20,000 nt of DNA from Candidatus Jordarchaeales archaeon (GTDB lineage Archaea > Asgardarchaeota > Jordiarchaeia > Jordiarchaeales > Freyrarchaeaceae): contig JAWAHN010000001.1 in assembly GCA_038889235.1 (NCBI GenBank), positions 1,090,803 through 1,110,802 on the forward strand, written 5' to 3'. Positions 15,127-20,000 of the stretch are shown one piece after another. Numbering within the stretch: position 1 is the stretch's first letter; every line of letters starts with the position of its first letter. The notes beneath the pieces are model-generated. The model did no database searches. It worked only from the letters and a program-made list of their open reading frames with translations, and was not told the origin of the DNA. The translations under genes were made by a program, and so were the position numbers.

Positions 15127-16008
15127 ATGACAAAGCCCAGGCTTTACATAGATGAGAGCAGTCCTCCTATATCCGATAACCTCTACGAAAAGATAGCCGC
15201 GCACAGGAAGCTTTACAGGAAGCTTGTTTTCTCCGGCAAGGCTGTTAAGCGTCTTAGGGGGATTTTGCCCTCTTCAGAATTGGTGAGGATGCTCAGGGGG
15301 GGCGGGGGGAAGCTTAGGCGCTTCGATATAATGATCGAGTTGTATTGTGACGTTGAGACTGAAAGTAGAGTTAAGTCTCTGTACGACGAAGTGTGTAGCA
15401 CGTACCCGCCTCAAAAGTCGTCTATTAGTCTTGCGTCAGAAGGCGAGGAGCCTGCCCCCCTGAGGCTCGGGTTGAGCTGGGAAGACGTCTCGTTCGATGC
15501 TTGGGCACTTATAGAGCGTTTTTACAGCGTCATAGAGGAACCATTCTACGTTAACTTCGAATTCGAAGACGACGAGAAGGTGGTGTCCGCCGTAAATCTC
15601 TCAGTTCCCTTCGATGAGGAAAGGAGGCAGTTCTACCTCGTGGAGCTTGTCACCCCGTTCAGGGTGAAGTATCCTAGTGGGGAAGAAAGGTTACTGGGCA
15701 AGCTTTCGTCGCTTGTGGAGGAGGTAACGAGCAACCCAAATGTGACCCCCGAGCTTTTTGTGATCGGTCGAGGCGGCATGTGGAAGCCGCTGATAACCGT
15801 CGGCTGGTCTTTTAACGATGGCCGCTTACTCGTGAAGGTTCCAGAGTGGAATGGTAAGGGTGGAATAGAGTTCATCTTGGACCCCATTAACGGCAAGGTT
15901 CAACTGATCAAGGGAGATCTTAAGGTTGAAAAGGACGGTAAGCTGGGGAACGTGTCGCTCGATGCCGTTCAGTTTTTCGAGCTGGGGGGAGATGAGCTCT
16001 CAAGTTAG
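15127..16008 (+). CDS. hypothetical protein
   Basis: In-frame ATG at 15127 (MTKPRLYIDESSPPISDNLYEK...). The ORF-track start at 14716 would run through the 5S rRNA, so the ATG at 15127 is preferred. Confidence 0.6.
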   Translation: MTKPRLYIDESSPPISDNLYEKIAAHRKLYRKLVFSGKAVKRLRGILPSSELVRMLRGGGGKLRRFDIMIELYCDVETESRVKSLYDEVCSTYPPQKSSISLASEGEEPAPLRLGLSWEDVSFDAWALIERFYSVIEEPFYVNFEFEDDEKVVSAVNLSVPFDEERRQFYLVELVTPFRVKYPSGEERLLGKLSSLVEEVTSNPNVTPELFVIGRGGMWKPLITVGWSFNDGRLLVKVPEWNGKGGIEFILDPINGKVQLIKGDLKVEKDGKLGNVSLDAVQFFELGGDELSS

Positions 16009-16475
16009 TCTCGCTCAAACCAAGGCGTCTCGAGGTTCTCGTCGACGTCAACGCTCACCCACTCCCTTCCACTCCTGGGGTCTTGCTCGTGCAGGACTCT
16101 CACAAAGCTGATTGACTCGCATGCAAAGCAGTAGGCCTCCACGACGGTTCCCTCCAAAACGTGGAACCAGACCTCTCCGCCATCGATTATGCGCCCCCTC
16201 AACACCTCGCACTCGATGACCTCTCCATTTCTGCCCACGTGCTCCATGATGGTGTTCCTAACTATTTCGCGCGCTTCAAGGTAAATCCTCCCCGCATAGT
16301 TGTTGCTCTTAGGAAAAATGTTCGTGGAGAGCGTTGTATATCCTCCCTTGGAGGCAACGGTAAACCTAGCGGCCTCGTAGTATTCTCCTTCAACTCCAAA
16401 CTTTCCACTCAAAGCTAGGCGTATTCCCTCGCTCATCGAGGCGTGTCTCTCACCAACAGAGGGTAAGGCGGCCAC
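16005..16475 (-). CDS. hypothetical protein
   Basis: 156-aa ORF, convergent with and overlapping the previous gene by 4 nt. Internal start MSEGIRLALSGKF is possible. Confidence 0.5.
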   Translation of the reverse strand: MAALPSVGERHASMSEGIRLALSGKFGVEGEYYEAARFTVASKGGYTTLSTNIFPKSNNYAGRIYLEAREIVRNTIMEHVGRNGEVIECEVLRGRIIDGGEVWFHVLEGTVVEAYCFACESISFVRVLHEQDPRSGREWVSVDVDENLETPWFERD

Positions 16476-16587
16476 CCCCCTGAGACTAAACCGTAAGATT
16501 AAATTTAGACGGCGAGATACTTGTTTGCAAAATTCAGGCTTTAACTGTTACCGGCGCAAGTCGAAACACCCGTCTCGGTGATGAGCT

Positions 16588-18408
16588 TTGTCGCTTAGAC
16601 TGGAAAACATCGCCCGCCTTTACAACAAGCTCTTTACCCTCCCCTCCTCCCCTCTGCTACTATCGCTAGACATACTGGTCCACGCGGCCCTAGGAGCGCT
16701 CTTCTTCTTACTAATGGTTCCTCTCCACGGGTTAACAGTGGTCATGGACGGTGTGGCGTGGGGGCTTACATCGCTACTGCCCGCCTCAGCCGCTTCATGC
16801 CTGCTTTCATACATCGTAATTGGGAGGGAAGGGGTGAAGACGCTAAACTTAAGGCGTCTTACTGGGCTTGCAATGTTCTCCACGTTCTTTTGGGGTGTTC
16901 CCGCCGTTCTCGGTGTAGCGCTACGTAGCTGGGTGCCGGCAGCAGCCAGCTTAGGGTTGGCGTTCGGTGTAGCCTTAATGTCTTTCGCCAGAATGCTTAC
17001 AATCGAAGGTGTCCTCCCCCTAAGCTTTGCGAGGTCGTTTGCAGCGTCCTTAACACACCCCCTCCTCCTCATCGCTTTCCTCTTTTTCTCGAAGCTTGTC
17101 CCTTTGTCCATTTCTCTCGCCGGTAAACTTGTGGTCGTATGCGTGACCTTCACGCTCCTAGCACACTTCTACTTACTACTCATAGATGAAGCCGTCAGGC
17201 AGGAGTTGGGCATAGGAGGGTTACGCCTACTCCGCGGCTTCATGGCTGAATGGCTTTCGGATAACCCCCAACTACTAGAGGAGGCACTTGCCGAGATAGG
17301 CTCCGTGGAGGAACATAAGGTATTAGTGTTAAGCTTCACGCATCGTGATGACGTCGCCGCATCTTTAATTGTGCCAATGGTCCACCCGGGTCCCTTCAGA
17401 AAGGTTGGGGGGGCTACACTACCCTACATGGTCTCCAAATTGTTTGAGGAGCGGGTAGGCGGCGTAGCAGGCGTGGCTCACGGAGCTTCTACACATGCTC
17501 AGAACCCTGTTTCAAGGAGCGAGTCTGTTAAGCTGGCTGAGGAGGTCATTAGAGAAACCCTCTCCGGCAACTTTAAACTTGGTGTTCCGGTGAGCCCGCT
17601 GGTTCAAGCAAGCCGGGGGGGTGTGAGGGTAGGCTGTCAGCTTTTCGGTGAGCTGGCCTTGTTCACGGTAAGCCTTAAACCATGCGGCTACGACGACGTG
17701 CACCCGAGTGTGCTCGCGGAGCTATCGAGGGAGCTAGCGGGTGAGTGGGGTGGGGAATTTTTCTTGGTAGACGCTCACAGTGCCAGCCCGGGTCTCCTAG
17801 AACTAGACCCTCTAACTCCCGAGTCAGAGTTGACTAGGGAAATAATTGACGCAGCAAGGGAGGCGCTGAGGGAAGCTAAGAGACTTGCACTTCACAGTAA
17901 AGTTAGAGTTGGAGGAGGGCGGGCGAGCGTTGGAAACTTTGGGGTGAAAGAGGGGGTTGCGAGCGGCGGCGTCTTTTCACTCATAGTAGAGGTTGGCGGC
18001 AGCTTTGCCTGCTACGTGATCGTCGACGGGAACAACATGGTTCCCGGCCTTAGGGAAGAGGTGGAGCGGAGGGTGAAGGGTCTAGGAATCCAAGCGGTTG
18101 AAGTGATGACTAGCGATAGCCACGAGGCTAACGCGGTCTCCCTCAGCGAGCGCGGCTCTAACCCCATAGGACTCTCAGTCCCCTGGGACGCCGTGTTCGA
18201 AGCCGTACTCGAGTCCGTTGAAGCTGCAAAGCACCAGTTGAAGGAGGCCGAGCCTAAATACTTCATAAAGGAGGTTGCGTTGAAAGTGATTGGGGAGAGC
18301 TCCATGGAAAAGCTTTCACGATCAATCAGAAATGCGGCTCTCCTGGCGAGAAGAGCCATTATAATTCCGATTTTGTCGCTACTGGGGGTTTTTCTGCTCG
18401 CCTTCTAG
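16588..18408 (+). CDS. DUF2070 family predicted membrane protein
   Basis: 606 aa. Multiple N-terminal hydrophobic helices, then a soluble domain with LSFTHRDDVAASLIVPMVHPGPFRKVGGATLPYMVSKLF, VDAHSASPG and MTSDSHEANAVS, plus a C-terminal hydrophobic segment. Confidence 0.8.
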   Translation: MSLRLENIARLYNKLFTLPSSPLLLSLDILVHAALGALFFLLMVPLHGLTVVMDGVAWGLTSLLPASAASCLLSYIVIGREGVKTLNLRRLTGLAMFSTFFWGVPAVLGVALRSWVPAAASLGLAFGVALMSFARMLTIEGVLPLSFARSFAASLTHPLLLIAFLFFSKLVPLSISLAGKLVVVCVTFTLLAHFYLLLIDEAVRQELGIGGLRLLRGFMAEWLSDNPQLLEEALAEIGSVEEHKVLVLSFTHRDDVAASLIVPMVHPGPFRKVGGATLPYMVSKLFEERVGGVAGVAHGASTHAQNPVSRSESVKLAEEVIRETLSGNFKLGVPVSPLVQASRGGVRVGCQLFGELALFTVSLKPCGYDDVHPSVLAELSRELAGEWGGEFFLVDAHSASPGLLELDPLTPESELTREIIDAAREALREAKRLALHSKVRVGGGRASVGNFGVKEGVASGGVFSLIVEVGGSFACYVIVDGNNMVPGLREEVERRVKGLGIQAVEVMTSDSHEANAVSLSERGSNPIGLSVPWDAVFEAVLESVEAAKHQLKEAEPKYFIKEVALKVIGESSMEKLSRSIRNAALLARRAIIIPILSLLGVFLLAF

Positions 18409-18485
18409 GCTTCCGTAGTGCTGAGACTTAACGTGCTTTTCATTAGTAAAATTTTTAACTACTAATTGTTAGTCATTTAGCAACC

Positions 18486-18497
18486 AAAGCTTTTAAC
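18486..18497 (+). promoter_or_regulatory. putative promoter of the 2-oxoacid:ferredoxin oxidoreductase operon
   Basis: AAAGCTTTTAAC element, about 35-40 nt before the TTG start; GGAGG Shine-Dalgarno at 18516-18520. Confidence 0.45.
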
Positions 18498-18529
18498 ATT
18501 AGCAAGATGCAGAAAGGAGGAGCGCTTCT

Positions 18530-19093
18530 TTGAAGGATTTGTTGGAGGTCCGGTTCCACGGTAGAGGCGGACAAGGCGTCGTCACAGCCAGCCGCCTGCT
18601 AGCAGAAGCTGCCCTGTTTGAAGGTAAGTTCGTGCAGGGTTTCCCGTTGTTCGGCCCAGAAAGAGAAGGTGCTCCTGTGAAGGCTTTCACGAGGATAAGT
18701 AGCAGTCCCATTCGCGTGAGGACGCAGATATACACTCCGGACGTGGTTGTAGTGCTAGATCCAACGCTGGTCAAAGTTGAGAAGGTAACGGATGGCTTAA
18801 AGGATGGGGGCTGGCTTATAGTCAACACCGCCAAAAGTCCGATGGACGTTAAAAGCGAAGTGGGGGTTAGGGTTAAGGTTGCAACGGTTAACGCGACGAA
18901 AATAGCGTTGGAGGTTTTTGGCGCTCCGAGGGTTAACGCGCCTATACTCGGATCCTTAGTGAGAGCAGTTCAGTTAGTAAGTCTTGACTCTCTTTTGAAG
19001 GCCACGCGCTCCTCTTTTAGTGGGAGAGTGGCTGAGAGCAATGTTAGAGCTATTGAGCGCGCTTACAACGAAACAATGTTAGAGGAGGATTGA
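18530..19093 (+). CDS. porG: pyruvate/2-oxoacid:ferredoxin oxidoreductase gamma subunit
   Basis: LEVRFHGRGGQGVVTASRLLAEAALFEGKFVQGFPLFGPEREGAPVKAFTRIS; followed by delta and alpha subunits. Confidence 0.9.
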   Translation: MKDLLEVRFHGRGGQGVVTASRLLAEAALFEGKFVQGFPLFGPEREGAPVKAFTRISSSPIRVRTQIYTPDVVVVLDPTLVKVEKVTDGLKDGGWLIVNTAKSPMDVKSEVGVRVKVATVNATKIALEVFGAPRVNAPILGSLVRAVQLVSLDSLLKATRSSFSGRVAESNVRAIERAYNETMLEED

Positions 19094-19096
19094 AGT

Positions 19097-19384
19097 GTGA
19101 AGACGTGGGAAGATGTGCCCTTCGCCGGGTACATTTTTGAGCCCGGTAACACTGAAGGATACAAGACTGGCGACTGGAGATCGAGACAGAAACCCGTCAT
19201 AAACAAGGAGAAGTGCACTTTTTGCCTCTTGTGCTGGATATACTGTCCCGATGGCGCCATAATAAGGAAAGAGGGCGAGGTTGAAGTTGACTACTACCAC
19301 TGTAAGGGTTGCGGCATCTGCGCTTATGAGTGCCCCTCTGGTGCCATGAAAATGAAAAGCGAGTTTGAGGCAGATGAAGTATGA
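19097..19384 (+). CDS. porD: pyruvate/2-oxoacid:ferredoxin oxidoreductase delta subunit (2x 4Fe-4S)
   Basis: DWRSRQKPVINKEKCTFCLLCWIYCPDGAI...YHCKGCGICAYECPSGAMKM. Confidence 0.92.
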   Translation: MKTWEDVPFAGYIFEPGNTEGYKTGDWRSRQKPVINKEKCTFCLLCWIYCPDGAIIRKEGEVEVDYYHCKGCGICAYECPSGAMKMKSEFEADEV

Positions 19385-20000
19385 TGGCAAAAACTATTGT
19401 CGCCCTTAACGGTAACGAGGCTGCCGCTTACGCTGTCAAGCAGTGCAAGCCGGACGTCATAGCAGCCTACCCTATAACCCCCCAAACAGTGATAGTTGAA
19501 AGGCTAAGCGAGTACGTTGCGAACGGCGAGCTGGACGCCGAGTTCCTATCCGCCGAATCAGAACACTCCGCCATGAGCGCGTGCATAGGAGCGTCAGCCA
19601 TGGGGGCTAGAGTATACACTGCCACAGCCTCTCAAGGCCTAGCCCTAATGTACGAAATGTTGTTCGTAGCGTCCTCGTTCAGGCTGCCGATAGTTATGAG
19701 CGTCGCCAATAGAGCCCTGAACTCCCCCCTGAACATATGGAACGACATGAGCGACACCATGGGAGCTAGGGACTGCGGCTGGATACAGCTCTACAATGAA
19801 AACGCCCAAGAGGTCTACGACTTCACCATAATGGCATTCAAGATAGCTGAAGACCACAAGGTTCTTCTGCCGGTCATGGTGTGCCACGACGGCTTCGTCG
19901 TAAGCCACTCGACCGAGGGCGTCGAAGTTCTGAGCGACAGCGACGTAGACTCGTTCCTGCCGCCGAGAACCCCCCTCTACACGCTGGACGTTAACAAGCC
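19384..20000 (+). CDS. porA: pyruvate/2-oxoacid:ferredoxin oxidoreductase alpha subunit, 3' truncated by window edge
   Basis: Open frame from ATG 19384 to the end of the window: MAKTIVALNGNEAAAYAVKQCKPDVIAAYPITPQTVIVERLSEYV...ESEHSAMSACIGASAMGARVYTATASQGLALMYEMLF. Confidence 0.92.
   Translation, partial: MAKTIVALNGNEAAAYAVKQCKPDVIAAYPITPQTVIVERLSEYVANGELDAEFLSAESEHSAMSACIGASAMGARVYTATASQGLALMYEMLFVASSFRLPIVMSVANRALNSPLNIWNDMSDTMGARDCGWIQLYNENAQEVYDFTIMAFKIAEDHKVLLPVMVCHDGFVVSHSTEGVEVLSDSDVDSFLPPRTPLYTLDVNK

Noticed and set aside
16579-16606. C/D-box-like GTGATGA...CTGG around the start of the DUF2070 gene
   Set aside because: No proper D box or internal C'/D' pair. The sequence is explained by the ribosome-binding region and first codons of the gene.
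1-20000. CRISPR arrays, transposases, integrases, toxin-antitoxin or defence genes
   Set aside because: No spaced direct repeats and no such protein signatures were seen. The window looks like core chromosome.

Overview
Archaeal chromosomal window. The base composition, TTG/GTG starts, BRE/TATA-like promoters, archaeal 5S motifs and archaeal gene families all support this. Gene content, left to right: a co-oriented block with several tetrahydromethanopterin-type (H4MPT) biosynthesis functions (beta-RFAP synthase, truncated by the window edge; DUF1464 ASKHA-like protein; AfpA/DmrX-like iron-sulfur flavoprotein; dihydropteroate-synthase-like protein; MptA-type GTP cyclohydrolase; two tandem paralogous nucleotidyltransferase-like proteins). 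Next come a CooT-like small protein, a zinc-finger membrane protein, an HTH-'GIDDTD' (TiaS / methanogenesis-marker-11-like) protein, a coiled-coil protein, a CitG-like protein, a small winged-helix protein, a P-loop (deoxy)nucleoside-kinase-like protein, and a DUF35/thiolase pair. The window ends with two hypotheticals, a DUF2070 membrane protein and the start of a pyruvate/2-oxoacid:ferredoxin oxidoreductase operon (gamma, delta, alpha). The standout observation lies in the region between the thiolase and the next gene (about 14880-15040). It appears to encode a circularly permuted 5S rRNA. The 3' half of a canonical archaeal 5S (AGUCAAGCCC...GAGUACUG...GGGAAAG...) comes BEFORE the 5' half (GGCCAUAGC...ACCCGUUCCCAUUCCGAACACGG). 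The natural 5' and 3' ends are fused through a cUACGg tetraloop capping helix I. The permuted gene is enclosed by a 15-bp helix with a bulge-helix-bulge-like element. Cleavage at the standard archaeal splicing positions and circularisation would recreate exactly ...CGAACACGGA|AGUCAAGCC..., a 123-nt circular 5S rRNA. This rests on hand reading of sequence and base pairing; no covariance search or RNA data were available.
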